64,000 bases of DNA from Ilyomonas sp. (lineage in GTDB: Bacteria > Bacteroidota > Bacteroidia > Chitinophagales > Chitinophagaceae). The notes beneath the pieces were generated by a model. It ran no database searches. It was not told where the DNA came from and worked only from the letters and a program-made list of their open reading frames with translations. Numbering within the stretch: the stretch's first letter is position 1; every line of letters starts with the position of its first letter. The position numbers and the translations under genes are program-made. Location of the stretch: positions 3,242,981-3,306,980 of the forward strand of contig OZ241366.1 of assembly GCA_965199905.1 (NCBI GenBank), read 5' to 3'. Positions 1-10,566 of the stretch are shown piece by piece.

Positions 1-684
1 TAGCTTTTTGCGGGCAGCTTCACGGTCACGTATCTGTGCGCTCAGGTTTTTTTCCTGACCTTGCAAACCGCGCACGACATCGTCCTTCTCCTTCCGGTCG
101 GTTTCCATTTCTTTTATCTGCTTGCCTTGCTCCTGCAGCGTGTTGTTTTTTTCACTTTTGGTACTATTCAGGTTATTCATTTTTACCTGTAGCAGGTTCT
201 GCGTTGCGGTAATATTATTTGCCTGCGTTTCGCGGTACTGGCGATAGCTTTTCAGGTAAGCCATGCGTTTAACGGCATCATTAAAATTATCGGCTGAAAA
301 AATGAAGTTCAGATAATCATAATTGCTCCTGTTTTTATAGGCAAATACCAGGTTTTTTGCATAACGGTCTTTCAGTGTATCCAGCTCTTTCCGGTAGCGA
401 TAAATGTCGAGGTTATTCAGATAAATAGCATCATCAATTTTATGCAGTTCCTTATTAATATTTCCCACTAATTCTTCGCGGGCTTTTATTTTCCGCTGCA
501 CCAATGCAAGCTGGCCAATCGATTGCTTTTTATTCTTTTTAATGCTGCTAAGCGTATTGTTCAGGTCGGCAAGCTCCTGCTGCAGTTGCTGTTGCCTGCG
601 CTGTATTTCTTCCTTGGTTTGCTGCGCAAAAGAAGAAAGCGAGAACAAAGCAAATACGATAGCGGCTATCGTTTTCTTGATCAT
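1..684 (-). CDS. Murein hydrolase activator EnvC-like coiled-coil protein, 5' part (runs off the window start)
   Basis: Hand translation from ATG at 684: MIKKTIAAIVFALFSLSSFAQQTKEEIQRRQQQLQQELADLN...YKNRSNYDYLNFIFSADNFNDAVKRMAYLKSY; signal peptide plus long coiled coil, open to position 1; follows DUF4292 as expected in Bacteroidota. Not in the ORF track. Confidence 0.8.
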   Translation of the reverse strand, partial: MIKKTIAAIVFALFSLSSFAQQTKEEIQRRQQQLQQELADLNNTLSSIKKNKKQSIGQLALVQRKIKAREELVGNINKELHKIDDAIYLNNLDIYRYRKELDTLKDRYAKNLVFAYKNRSNYDYLNFIFSADNFNDAVKRMAYLKSYRQYRETQANNITATQNLLQVKMNNLNSTKSEKNNTLQEQGKQIKEMETDRKEKDDVVRGLQGQEKNLSAQIRDREAARKKL

Positions 685-761
685 AGTAGTCAATGTTTAC
701 AGATAGGACAAATGAAATTATCTCACGTTGCCAACAGATTACGCTGACTGCCTGTTAATTA

Positions 762-1598
762 TTATCTGACCTTGTAATTTTTTGGAATATTGAACGGAAA
801 TGTCAGGGTTTTGTTGAAATCGTATTGTTTGAAATCAAGCGACACATCAGTCTTCGATTTTTCAGCTACCGATATTTTACGTGAAGTAGAAAAATAGAAA
901 CTGCCTTCTTTGTTATAATCATCATACGTGATGTCTGCCGTGCGGTTCTTTACCGGGTTCACGTCATCAAGCTTGCTGTGGAGCAGGCGGAGATTGTTTT
1001 TGTCTACTGTCAGCAGGTTTTTAAATATCTGCCCCGACATCAATATCAGCAGGTTGTTATTACTTACCTGGTACGAAATAATATTACTGTCAAGATAAAC
1101 CGGGTTGCCAATTAAAATGTCCTGCAGGCTGTTGAAATCAACCGGCACGCCTGTCAGCTCGCGCAGGTAACTGATGCGCCGATATTGAATTACTTTTTCA
1201 AGCTTATTCATCACTTTTACACTGTCGCGCGTAATCATTACCCGAAATCCTTCTATGCCCAAAGCGCCGGTAAGCGATAGCCAGATAACGCTGTCCTTCT
1301 GCATTCGCAGGTAAGCCGTCGCTCCATCGCTGCCATTGCTGCTGCTATAATCCATTTTCACTTTGGCAGAAAATGTATTGAAACTGATTCGTTGTGTTTC
1401 CAGCTTGCCTATGATACCTTTTATAATGACTGCCGAGTCTATTATATCAGGCTGCGTCACCGGCCTGGAAACCGTGTCTTTCGTGGTAATGGCATTGCCA
1501 ATGCGCTGCACTTTTTTTGTTGGCCGGCAGGCAGCAAACATTATCAATATGCACAAAGAAAAAAGAAGCCATCGCTGTAAGTTATCTGTTATTGTCAT
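762..1598 (-). CDS. DUF4292 domain lipoprotein
   Basis: Lipobox-like IMFAAC; FNTFSAKVKMDY...YLRMQKDSVIWLSLT pattern; usual position between dut and envC. Confidence 0.75.
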   Translation of the reverse strand: MTITDNLQRWLLFSLCILIMFAACRPTKKVQRIGNAITTKDTVSRPVTQPDIIDSAVIIKGIIGKLETQRISFNTFSAKVKMDYSSSNGSDGATAYLRMQKDSVIWLSLTGALGIEGFRVMITRDSVKVMNKLEKVIQYRRISYLRELTGVPVDFNSLQDILIGNPVYLDSNIISYQVSNNNLLILMSGQIFKNLLTVDKNNLRLLHSKLDDVNPVKNRTADITYDDYNKEGSFYFSTSRKISVAEKSKTDVSLDFKQYDFNKTLTFPFNIPKNYKVR

Positions 1599-1675
1599 CC
1601 GTTATTTTTTTTGAATGGTAATGGTGAATGGTAAATAAAATAATTCTTCTTATTAATCATTCATTACCCACCGAA

Positions 1676-2119
1676 TTAATGCCTGCCGGTATGGCCAAAG
1701 CCGCCGCTGCTTCTTTCAGTATCACTAATCGTTGATACTTCCGCCCAGCTTACCTGCTCTACAGGGCTGATGACCATTTGCGCAATGCGGTCGCCGCTTT
1801 CAATAGTGTGTGTTTCGTCAGATAAATTAATCAATATCACTTTGATCTCGCCACGATAATCGGCATCAATTGTTCCCGGGCTGTTGAGGCAGGTAATGCC
1901 ATGATTGGCAGCCAGCCCGCTGCGCGGACGAATCTGTGCTTCGTACCCTTCGGGCAATTCAATAAATAAACCCGTTGGCACCAGCGCCCGTTGCAAAGGC
2001 TGCAATGTGATTGGCTCTTTAATATCTGCCCTGATGTCCATGCCTGCCGCGCCGCCTGTGGCATAATGTGGCAGCGGGTTGGCGGAGCGATTGATAATAT
2101 TTATCGCGATCGTTTTCAC
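1676..2119 (-). CDS. dut: dUTP diphosphatase
   Basis: Motifs [45 protein letters not shown]. Confidence 0.97.
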   Translation of the reverse strand: MKTIAINIINRSANPLPHYATGGAAGMDIRADIKEPITLQPLQRALVPTGLFIELPEGYEAQIRPRSGLAANHGITCLNSPGTIDADYRGEIKVILINLSDETHTIESGDRIAQMVISPVEQVSWAEVSTISDTERSSGGFGHTGRH

Positions 2120-2211
2120 AGCGGCAAATCTAAGCCGATGTAGAATAGAGATAATGTAAATAACAAGACAGACTTACGGCTTGTTGTTCACATATGTAAC
2201 AAGCGTTGCCA

Positions 2212-2250
2212 AAAACAAAGGCAGCCCGATTGCTGAACTGCCTTTGTTTT
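2212..2250 (-). terminator. Intrinsic terminator after the LRR gene
   Basis: AAAACAAAGGCAG...CTGCCTTTGTTTT 13-bp inverted repeat with T-run on the minus strand. Confidence 0.7.
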
Positions 2251-2267
2251 ATAAAAGAAAAACCAGA

Positions 2268-3860
2268 TTACTGTACCACAATCAGCTTCTGTGTTTCGCT
2301 GGTTGCGTGGTTATGTATGTAATAAGTGCCCGGCGTTAAGCGGCTTATATCCATTACTTCATTGCCGCTAACGGTTTTTGAAAATAAACGTTTTCCATCT
2401 GCATCTGTAACCGTTATTACTGAAGTTTCTTCTGTTGTAATATAAACAATATTTCGCGCCGGATTAGGATAAATAGAAAACTTCCGGCTGCCTTGAACAC
2501 GAGCAATGGAAGTTGCTGTTTTGCTGGTTTGCGAAGGCATCACATATTCAAATGTGTCTGTGTACAAAACAAGCCGTGTAGCCACTGCATTTCTTATCTG
2601 CGCGTAGTAATGGCCGCCGGCGGTAGGGCTAAATGAAGAATCTCCTTTTATAGCCATGCTGCTTTTGTCTTCCACCTTATACCAGGTATAAGAATTATTG
2701 CTCAATGTACCGCCGGCATACAGCGATATGCTTTCGCCATTATTATGAATGGACAGCGAAGCCTGCGGAGAATATGTAACAAACGGATAATGCGTTGCTA
2801 CAAATTCCATCCCGTCGAATGTAAAATCGTTATGGCTGATATCGGCATGCAGAAAGACGTTCAATGGCAAAACCGGGTTTTTGTTTGTGCCCTGCGAAAG
2901 GTGGTTATGATCTAAATACAGGTATTGCAAATTGGTCAGCTTCATAAATGAAGAAGGTACTACTCCGCGCAATTCATTGTTGTTTAGGTATAATTGAAAC
3001 AAACTGGAAAGGTTACCAATGGATGAAGGAATACTGCCTGTTAACCGGTTATTGGTTATTGAAAGCAACTGTAAGTTTGTTGCATTACCAATGGTATTTG
3101 TAAGAGAACCACTCAAGCTATTATTATCCAAATATAAAACCTGCAGGCTTTGCAGGTTACCAATAGAAGCGGGAACCGCTCCGCTCAGTTTATTATTTTG
3201 AAGATATAAATACTGAACGCTGCCGAGGTTTCCAATGGTGCCTGGTATAGCTCCGCTTAGCTGGTTGCCTGCCATCTCCAGGATGCGCACGCTGGCGAGG
3301 TTGCCAATAGTTACCGGGATGCTTCCCGACAGCCTGTTATTATTCAGGTTAATGTATTGAGCCTTGGCTAAACTGCCGATGGCAAATGGAATAGCGCCGC
3401 TAAGCCGGTTATTTGACAAATCCAGTTGCTGCAGGTTTTTTAATTTACCCAGAGAAGATGGAAAAGAGCCGGTGAGAGAATTTGTTCCGGCTAAAAACTC
3501 TTTCAGATTTACGAGGTTAGAAATTAAAGAAGGAATGGCGCCTGTAAGCTTATTGTTATACAAGTACAGGTATTGAAGCGCTGCCAGGTTGCTTAATGAA
3601 GAAGGCAGTTTGCCATTCAGATTATTTACGCCAAGATCGATACCCACAACCCGGTTGAAGGAAACTGTTATACCTTTCCAGGTACAAACAGGTGATTGCG
3701 ACAGTCAGTTATCATGGTTTGTCCATGCGTCACCTTTGGTACTGTTGTATAAATCAACCAAAGCGGCAGAGTCGGCTTTATCAACAGCCTGCGCATTTAG
3801 TTTCATTTGAGCAAAAACAAAAAGGGGCACGAAAAAGAGCGGTGTAAAGTTATACCTCAT
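2268..3860 (-). CDS. Secreted leucine-rich-repeat protein with T9SS type A C-terminal sorting domain
   Basis: Start extended by hand to ATG 3860 (MRYNFTPLFFVPLFVFAQMKLNAQAVDKADSAALVDLYNSTKGDAW); about 11 24-aa repeats LxxLxxLxLxNNxLSGxIPxxIG; C-terminal FSIYPNPARN...LTPGTYYI...KLIVVQ. Confidence 0.88.
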
Positions 3861-4282
3861 AAGTCTATTTTTATTGTTTGAAGATGACGGTGATTGGTGA
3901 CGAGTAAATTACATGCACAACTTGGCAGTTGACAAGTCATGAATTCATTTGCTCATAAAGCGCGCGGCAGGCGGTTATACTTTATAATTTGATAAGAGGA
4001 GTAAAAGCATGGATTCGCTGTTTATGATGAAGTAAAATGGTTATTAATGGTCTCAATTGGTTTTTCAGGTAGTGCAAAGTTTGCTTCGGTATAAATCCCT
4101 TCAATCGTTTTGTTCATTCGCTGCATTGATTTTTGAACATCCAAAGAAACAAGAATTTACTGATAACCTTTCTCTGTCTGCATTTGTTTATTACACAGTA
4201 ATTATTTCTCACCATTGGTTTAACCTGCAGGGAATATTTTCAAGATAAAAAAGATGAAATTTACATTTTACGAAAGCAACTG

Positions 4283-4861
4283 ATGAACAAGTATTACGCA
4301 CATCCTTCTTCTTACCTTGATGAGCCGTGCAGCATTGGCGAAGGCACGCAGATCTGGTATTTCTGCCACATTATGCAGAATGCAGTAATTGGCAGCCACT
4401 GCAACATCGGTCAAAACGTAATGATCGGAAAAGGAGTCAGGATAGGCAATAACGTAAAGATTCAAAACAATGTATCGGTGTATGAAGGAGTTACCCTTGA
4501 AGATGATGTGTTCGTTGGTCCGTCAGTTGTTTTTACCAATGTCATTAACCCACGCAGCGCCGTTTCGCGCAAGCATGAATTTAAGCCAACATTAGTGAAA
4601 CGTGGCGCTGCAATCGGTGCTAATGCAACTATCGTTTGTGGCATTACTATTGGCGAATACGCTTTCATTGGTGCAGGAGCCGTTGTTACAAAAGATGTTC
4701 TTTCTTATGCGCTAATAACAGGCAATCCGGCAAGGCAAAAAGGCTGGATGAGTGAGCAAGGTTATAAGTTGCTATTTGATGAAAATGGCAAAGCTGCCTG
4801 CAAAGGAACGGGAGACACTTATGTGTTTAAAGAGGGAAGCGTAAGCAAGCTTGAAGCGTAA
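4283..4861 (+). CDS. Hexapeptide-repeat N-acetyltransferase (WbpD/WlbB-like, UDP-amino-sugar acetyltransferase)
   Basis: [14 protein letters not shown]...NIGQNV...[12 protein letters not shown]...[14 protein letters not shown]...GNPARQKGW. Confidence 0.85.
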   Translation: MNKYYAHPSSYLDEPCSIGEGTQIWYFCHIMQNAVIGSHCNIGQNVMIGKGVRIGNNVKIQNNVSVYEGVTLEDDVFVGPSVVFTNVINPRSAVSRKHEFKPTLVKRGAAIGANATIVCGITIGEYAFIGAGAVVTKDVLSYALITGNPARQKGWMSEQGYKLLFDENGKAACKGTGDTYVFKEGSVSKLEA

Positions 4862-4862
4862 T

Positions 4863-4910
4863 AAAAAAAGGCGAAGCCGTTTATAAGAAAATAAACGGCT
4901 TCGCTTTTTT
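4863..4910. terminator. Bidirectional intrinsic terminator between convergent acetyltransferase and dnaN
   Basis: AAAAAAAGGCGAAGCCGTTTAT...ATAAACGGCTTCGCTTTTTT: long stem with A-run and T-run. Confidence 0.8.
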
Positions 4911-4947
4911 GTTTCTGTATTATAAACTGATAGCTGATTTCTGACAG

Positions 4948-6063
4948 CTAATTATTCAACATCAATGGCATCACCAGCATCAGTAAATCAGAACCTTCTT
5001 CCTGCTCAATCGGCTTTACAATGCCCGCCTTTGTTGGTGTTGAAAGCTCTACCTTCACTTCATTATCATCTGCCACGTTAAGCATTTCAATCAGAAATTT
5101 GGCGTTGAAAGCAATCTGCAGATCTTCGCCATCATAGTTGCAGTTCATGCGCTCATTTCCTTCAAAAGAAAAGTCAACATCCTGAGCTGTCAATTGCAAT
5201 TCGCTACCACTGATAGCAAGCGCTACCTGGTTGGTGCTTTTATTACTGAACACATTAATGCGGCGCAGCGCACTCTGAAATTCGTTTTTATTTACCACCA
5301 GCTTATATGGATTATCCACCGGTATTACCACTTTATAATCCGGGAAGCGGGCATCTATCAGGCGACAAATGAGGCGCGTGGTTTTATGCGTTACAAACAG
5401 GTGATTGGTGTTGTATGAAACAATGATTTCATCATCATTATCCGGCAGCACATTGCGCAGCAGGTTCAGTGGTTTTTTTGGTACAATAAAACTGTCAGCC
5501 TTCGGGCAGTTTACATCCGTTCTTTTATAGCGAACCAAACGATGCGCATCCGTAGCTACGAACTGCACATAGCCTGTATTCAGCTCAAAGTAAACACCCG
5601 TCATGGCAGGACGCAGATCATCGGAACTAACCGCAAATAATGTTTTGTTGATAGCCGTTACCAACGAGCTGCTTGCCATGGTAAAGTTGTTGGTATCATC
5701 TGCCACCGGCTCTTTTGGAAAGTTGTCAGGGTTTTCGCCCATCATCTTATACTTCCCGTTGTTGCTCGTGATTTCGATACCAAAATTCTTATCGATATTA
5801 AATGTCAAAGGCTGATCAGAAATGTTCTTCAGCGAATCAAGCAATATCCGCGCAGGCACGCAAACGCGGCCATTCTCATTGCTTTCCACATCCATCTGCA
5901 CGCGCATTACGGTTTCAAGATCGGTAGCTGTGATGCTGAGTTTTTTATCGGTAATATCAAATGAAAAATCTTCCAGTATCGGCAGCACAGTGTTGGCATT
6001 AATAACGCCGCTGATCTGCTGCAGTTGTTTTAATAATGATGAAGAAGAGACTATGAATTTCAT
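4948..6063 (-). CDS. dnaN: DNA polymerase III beta sliding clamp
   Basis: ATDLE, RPAMTGV, VATDAHRL, RLIDARFPDY, IAFNAKFLIEML, LVMP motifs; 371 aa. Confidence 0.97.
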   Translation of the reverse strand: MKFIVSSSSLLKQLQQISGVINANTVLPILEDFSFDITDKKLSITATDLETVMRVQMDVESNENGRVCVPARILLDSLKNISDQPLTFNIDKNFGIEITSNNGKYKMMGENPDNFPKEPVADDTNNFTMASSSLVTAINKTLFAVSSDDLRPAMTGVYFELNTGYVQFVATDAHRLVRYKRTDVNCPKADSFIVPKKPLNLLRNVLPDNDDEIIVSYNTNHLFVTHKTTRLICRLIDARFPDYKVVIPVDNPYKLVVNKNEFQSALRRINVFSNKSTNQVALAISGSELQLTAQDVDFSFEGNERMNCNYDGEDLQIAFNAKFLIEMLNVADDNEVKVELSTPTKAGIVKPIEQEEGSDLLMLVMPLMLNN

Positions 6064-6353
6064 TCCGGTTATCGTTTATTTCTATCCTAAAATACTTGTT
6101 ATATGACAGGCAACAAACGTACTGTAAAAAAAGAAGAAACAGAGGTAACGTGCATAGTCTGTTAGCAAAATTTATCGCTTGCGAAAATAAGATTGCCACG
6201 CGAAATCATCATAAGCAATCACCTGTTTTGCCTTCTTTATTCTTATGGTTCTGGTTAAAGAAATTTAAAAAAGGATAACAAAAGAGAGATTTACGAAATA
6301 CATCGTATGTTTGTTACGAAATTATTCGTTTATAAACTTTTCAAACTCAAATT

Positions 6354-7103
6354 ATGAAATATGTACGCCTTGCATCTCCGTTCCTGCCGCTGGCTGGTGC
6401 TATCCTTGTTTTCGCTGCTATTGTTGCCTGGCAGCCCGACACCACAAAGGCAGTTAAGAAAAAATACACGCCTGCAATCATCGACACCGCAGTACCAAAG
6501 CGCGCCGATATTAATCAAATTGACCTTCAACTGAACCTTGATTCTGTAATGCAGCAAGTAAACATTGCTTTATCAAATATTGATTACGCAAAAATGAATG
6601 CGGATATACAGAAAGCGATGGCGCAGATTGATTATAACAAGATCAATCTTGAAGTAAATAAGGCTATGAAAGAAATAGACTGGAAGAAGATAAACGCAGA
6701 TGTTTCCCTTGCTCTCGACAGTGCTAAGATGGCGCTTAATAACATTAATTGGGATGAGATAAAAGCCAATGTGGCTCAGGCACAGGCTGAAGCGCAAAAA
6801 GCAATATCAGAACAGAAAATAAACGGAGCTGAAATTCAAAAACAGGTGCAGGAATCATTACGGAATGCGCAGAAAAGCCTGCAGGCTGCACAGGTGGAAT
6901 TGAGAAATTATAAAGGCTTACAAGAAGCCTTGAAAAATGATGGATTGATTGAAGATGGAAAGCCTTATCACATTCAATTGAAAGAAGGAACTTTGTATAT
7001 TAACGGTGCAAAACAAAGCAAGGCAACTACGGATAAATACAGCCGGTTTTATTCGAACAAAAAGAACTTTAGCGTTGGCGATGATGGTGGCACAAACTTA
7101 TAA
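6354..7103 (+). CDS. Hypothetical exported protein with helical low-complexity repeats (resembles C-terminal part of Bacteroidota M56/BlaR1 proteins)
   Basis: N-terminal hydrophobic segment; repeats IDYAKMNADIQKAMAQIDYNKINLEVNKAMKEIDWKKI; tail LKNDGLIE...LYINGAKQ. Confidence 0.55.
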   Translation: MKYVRLASPFLPLAGAILVFAAIVAWQPDTTKAVKKKYTPAIIDTAVPKRADINQIDLQLNLDSVMQQVNIALSNIDYAKMNADIQKAMAQIDYNKINLEVNKAMKEIDWKKINADVSLALDSAKMALNNINWDEIKANVAQAQAEAQKAISEQKINGAEIQKQVQESLRNAQKSLQAAQVELRNYKGLQEALKNDGLIEDGKPYHIQLKEGTLYINGAKQSKATTDKYSRFYSNKKNFSVGDDGGTNL

Positions 7104-7107
7104 AAAG

Positions 7108-7179
7108 TTTGCCACGGAGGCGCGAAGCCACAATAGAAAATTCAGAAAAAAATTTGTGACTTCGCGCCTTTGTGGCAAA
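7108..7179. repeat. Long imperfect inverted repeat (GCCAC-family copy 1)
   Basis: TTTGCCACGGAGGCGCGAAGCCACAA...TTGTGACTTCGCGCCTTTGTGGCAAA between convergent genes. Confidence 0.8.
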
Positions 7180-7185
7180 CAAAAC

Positions 7186-8367
7186 TTATGCTTTTTCCAG
7201 CGCCTGCTTTATATCAGCAATAATATCATCCACATGCTCCAAGCCTGCTGAAATGCGGATCAATCCCGGCGTAATGCCAACTGCCAAACGCTCTTCTTCT
7301 GTAAGCTTAGAATGCGTTGTACTCGCCGGGTGAGAAGCAATAGAACGCGAATCGCCAAGGTTTGCCGTCATAGATAATAACTCCAGCGAATTCAAAAACT
7401 TACGCCCGCTTTCAATGCCTCCTTTCAGTTCAAAACACAAAATTCCGCCGCCGGCAGTCATTTGTTTTTTTGCAATCTCGTATTGCGGATGCGAAGGAAG
7501 GAACGGATATTTTACCCAACTGATTTTCCCGTTGCCTTCCAGTGCTGTTGCCACCGCCAAAGCGTTCTTACAATGCCTTTCCATGCGCACATCAAGCGTT
7601 TCTAAACTTTTGCTTAAAACCCACGCATTAAAGGCAGATAAAGTTGGTCCGGTATTGCGACAAAACAAATAAATATCTCGTATCAATTCTTTCTTTCCTA
7701 CTATCACACCACCCAATACGCGACCTTGTCCATCTATCCATTTAGTAGCCGAGTGAACAACTAAGTCAGCGCCATAATTAATAGGCAATTGTAGCAGAGG
7801 TGTGGCAAAGCAGTTATCTACATTCAGTATTAAGTTATGTTGCTTCGCAAAGCTTCCCATCCATTCCAAATCGAGCACTTCAAGCTGTGGGTTGGTTGGC
7901 GTTTCTAAGTAAATCATTTTACTGTTTGGCTTCACCGCTTTTTCCCACGCTTCTTTATCATTGGCAGCAATTAAAGTATGCTCAATACCATAGCGCGACA
8001 GGTATTTTGTAACAATGGTAAACGTGCCGCCAAACACCGAACTGCAACACAACAAATGATCGCCGGCTTTTAACAAAGGAAAAATAGAAGCAAACACCGC
8101 CGCCATGCCCGATGCCGTAGCAAAGCCCGCTTCTGCACCTTCCAGCGCTATCATTTTAGCCGTAAATTCATCTACCGTGGGGTTGCTGTACCGGCTATAA
8201 ATATTCTCATCATTCTCTTCGGTAAATGCACCACGCATCGTGTCAGCATCGTCAAACGTGAAGCTGCTGGTGAGGTACATCGGGCTTGAATGTTCGTGTT
8301 GCAAAGTTTTTTCTCCGCGCAGGCGGATGGCTTTCGTTTGCGGATGCCAGATTTCTTTATTCATCAA
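7186..8367 (-). CDS. metZ: O-succinylhomoserine sulfhydrylase / trans-sulfuration PLP enzyme
   Basis: YSRYSNPT, ASGMAAV, ETPTNP, VHSATKWIDGQGR (PLP lysine), ANLGDSRS, GLIRISAGLE. Confidence 0.8.
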   Translation of the reverse strand: MMNKEIWHPQTKAIRLRGEKTLQHEHSSPMYLTSSFTFDDADTMRGAFTEENDENIYSRYSNPTVDEFTAKMIALEGAEAGFATASGMAAVFASIFPLLKAGDHLLCCSSVFGGTFTIVTKYLSRYGIEHTLIAANDKEAWEKAVKPNSKMIYLETPTNPQLEVLDLEWMGSFAKQHNLILNVDNCFATPLLQLPINYGADLVVHSATKWIDGQGRVLGGVIVGKKELIRDIYLFCRNTGPTLSAFNAWVLSKSLETLDVRMERHCKNALAVATALEGNGKISWVKYPFLPSHPQYEIAKKQMTAGGGILCFELKGGIESGRKFLNSLELLSMTANLGDSRSIASHPASTTHSKLTEEERLAVGITPGLIRISAGLEHVDDIIADIKQALEKA

Positions 8368-8372
8368 TATAA

Positions 8373-8819
8373 TTAAACGGTAATTTCAGAAGCTTTGTTT
8401 ACAAATACTTTCCAGCTTATGTCGGCGCCGGCTTTGCGAAGCGTAGCCGCTATGGAGCAATATTTATCCATAGACAAATCAGCCGCGCGCTGCGCTTTGG
8501 CAGTGTCTATTTCACCAAATAAATGAAACTCTACTTCAATCTTCGTCCATAGCGAAGGTTCTACGCCTGCCTGCCGCTCGCCATGCACTTTCATTTTATA
8601 ATCGGTCACCTGTTGGCGCTGTTTATTTAATATGCTAATGACATCAATAGCGCTGCAACCTGCCAGCGCACTCAGCAGTAATTGCATAGGGCGAAACCCA
8701 AAGTCTTTACCGCCGGTTTCGGGGCTGGTATCCATCGGAACGGTATGACCCATTGCATCGGTCGATACAAAGCCATAATCCAGTTGCTGCCTGCTTAATT
8801 CTATCGTTACCATAGTCAA
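8373..8819 (-). CDS. OsmC family protein
   Basis: GFRPMQLLLSALAGCSAIDV...KYCS two-cysteine pattern; 5 bp upstream of metZ-like gene. Confidence 0.9.
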   Translation of the reverse strand: MTMVTIELSRQQLDYGFVSTDAMGHTVPMDTSPETGGKDFGFRPMQLLLSALAGCSAIDVISILNKQRQQVTDYKMKVHGERQAGVEPSLWTKIEVEFHLFGEIDTAKAQRAADLSMDKYCSIAATLRKAGADISWKVFVNKASEITV

Positions 8820-8871
8820 TCATTAAATCGGAAAGCGAAGGTATTGTATTTGGCAGATTTGAGAAACGGGC

Positions 8872-8906
8872 GAGTAGTGAGTTGTGAATGGTGAGTAGTG
8901 AATAGT
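8872..8906. repeat. Heptamer tandem array (5 x GARTDGT)
   Basis: gagtagt gagttgt gaatggt gagtagt gaatagt. Confidence 0.85.
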
Positions 8907-9074
8907 GCGTAGCAAGGTCTGTGTCATTCCACAATTGCCACCAACATTGAACCGCATTGTAATCAAACCAACGGGTGGCTTTGTGTGCAATCTGCTCACC
9001 GCATTTTGCACAGGCAACCTTCAGTAAACATTTAACCAGTTATATCACAGCTTTTGCAGTGCAACATTTTTTTC

Positions 9075-9215
9075 TTTTGGTAACCATCGTCCGTCGCTTT
9101 TCTCATCGGTAGTTGTTGTCATTTCTGCTGCTTCAACACGCAGGAATGCTCCCATCACGTTCGGGGCAATAATTGGGCTTTTCTCAAAGCGAGTAAGAAG
9201 CTCCGGTTTTCTTCA
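9075..9215 (+). repeat. Modular dispersed intergenic element, copy A
   Basis: TTTTGGTAACCATCGTCCGTCGCTTTTCTCATCGGTAGTTGT + hairpin CATTTCTGC..GCAGGAATG + GTTCGGGGCAATAA + AAAGCGAGTAAGAA; matches copies B-E. Confidence 0.85.
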
Positions 9216-9273
9216 GTTTCAAAACATCACATTACTTACAGCCAATACTTTTGCAACGCAAAAACAACAACAC

Positions 9274-9600
9274 ATGGGCTGGCTTTATCTATTGATAGCA
9301 GGTTTTCTGGAAATCGGGTTCAGCATTTCTTTGGCAAAGATGAAAGACACCCTTGGCTGGCTGTTCTGGAGCTGGACGGCTTCGTTCCTGTTTTTCCTGT
9401 TTGTAAGTTTATGGCTGATGTACAAAGCCATCGAAACCATTCCTGTTGGCACCGCTTACGCCGTGTGGACGGGCATAGGCAGCGTTGGAACCGTGATTGT
9501 TGGAATCATTTTCTTTAAAGAACCAACCGATTTCTGGCGGCTGTTTTTTATCGGCATGCTTATCATTTCGCTGATTGGGCTGCGGCTGGTTTCAGAATGA
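9274..9600 (+). CDS. SMR family small multidrug / guanidinium exporter (Gdx/SugE-like)
   Basis: WLYLLIAGFLE membrane glutamate; IPVGTAYAVWTGIG; 4 TM, 108 aa. Confidence 0.9.
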   Translation: MGWLYLLIAGFLEIGFSISLAKMKDTLGWLFWSWTASFLFFLFVSLWLMYKAIETIPVGTAYAVWTGIGSVGTVIVGIIFFKEPTDFWRLFFIGMLIISLIGLRLVSE

Positions 9601-9689
9601 TGATCTTTTATTTAGCAGGCAGGTAACATTCGTTCCTTTTTACAAATTAAAGATTGGTTTTTGAAAATGTAGCTGCGTTTTACTAAATT

Positions 9690-10505
9690 TTAGTTTAGCT
9701 GGATCTCAAATAGGGACGGCCAGTTTTTACCCGTTATATAAAAGCTTTTTTTAGCAGAATCGTAGGCAATTCCGTTCAACACTTTCTCACGGTTGTCAGG
9801 GTTGTTTTCGTCAATTTTTTTGCCGGCCTGCGCCATAATATCACCGATATTTATAACGCCTACAATTTTGCCGGTTTGCAGGTCAATCTTCACAATTTTC
9901 TTCTCATGCCAGATGTTGGCATATACAAAGCCATCCACATATTCAAGTTCATTAATGCTGCTCACCGGTCCATAATTATCAGTGATGCCGAGCGTAGTTA
10001 TTACTTTAAAACTATCCGGGTTTACAAAGTACAAATTGCTGCTTCCTGTGCTTACGATAAGTTGTTTTCCATCTGTCGTCATGCCCCAGCCTTCGTAAGG
10101 AAAATTAAATTCGCTTAGTTTTTTGAACGTTGCCAAATCATACACATACGCTTTGTTATTCTGGTAAGTAAGCTGGTATAGCTTATTGCCAATGATGGCA
10201 ATGCCTTCACCAAAATCTGTGGCAGGCAAATCAACCTTTTGTTCTTCTTTGCCTGTACTTAAATCAGATTTTATCAAACGGCTTTCTTCCGGTTCACCGG
10301 TGCTTTCGTATAAAGCATTGTTGTGCCAGATGAGACCTTCAGTAAAGTTACTGGTATCGTGCGGGTATTCTTTTATTAAGCGATAAGAAATGGTTGGCGG
10401 TGGCGGATTGCTTGCATCACTTATATTGTTATCACTATTGGTATCTGTATTGTTTTTACATGCAATAAAAGAAAAAAGAAGAACAGCCGCAGCTAATTTT
10501 TTCAT
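9690..10505 (-). CDS. Glutaminyl-peptide cyclotransferase (lipoprotein)
   Basis: YPHDTSNFTEGL, FGEGI, QLTY, EGWGMT, NELEY, VLNGIAYD; start moved to MKKLAAAVLLFSFIAC. Confidence 0.92.
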   Translation of the reverse strand: MKKLAAAVLLFSFIACKNNTDTNSDNNISDASNPPPPTISYRLIKEYPHDTSNFTEGLIWHNNALYESTGEPEESRLIKSDLSTGKEEQKVDLPATDFGEGIAIIGNKLYQLTYQNNKAYVYDLATFKKLSEFNFPYEGWGMTTDGKQLIVSTGSSNLYFVNPDSFKVITTLGITDNYGPVSSINELEYVDGFVYANIWHEKKIVKIDLQTGKIVGVINIGDIMAQAGKKIDENNPDNREKVLNGIAYDSAKKSFYITGKNWPSLFEIQLN

Positions 10506-10566
10506 ACAAAAAGGAATGGGCAAATGTAGGAAGGTGAATGATAAAGGGATGTTGAAAATGGAGAAG

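Noticed and set aside
873-888. Second parS candidate TATTTTACGTGAAGTA
   Set aside because: Four mismatches to consensus, palindrome broken, inside a CDS.
8910-9035. Minus-strand frame AHKATRWFD resembling metZ VHSATKWID
   Set aside because: No start codon, similarity only about 9 aa; likely chance.
9040-9273. Guanidine riboswitch expected upstream of a Gdx-like SMR gene
   Set aside because: No guanidine-I, II or III consensus seen; the space is taken by repeat copy A.
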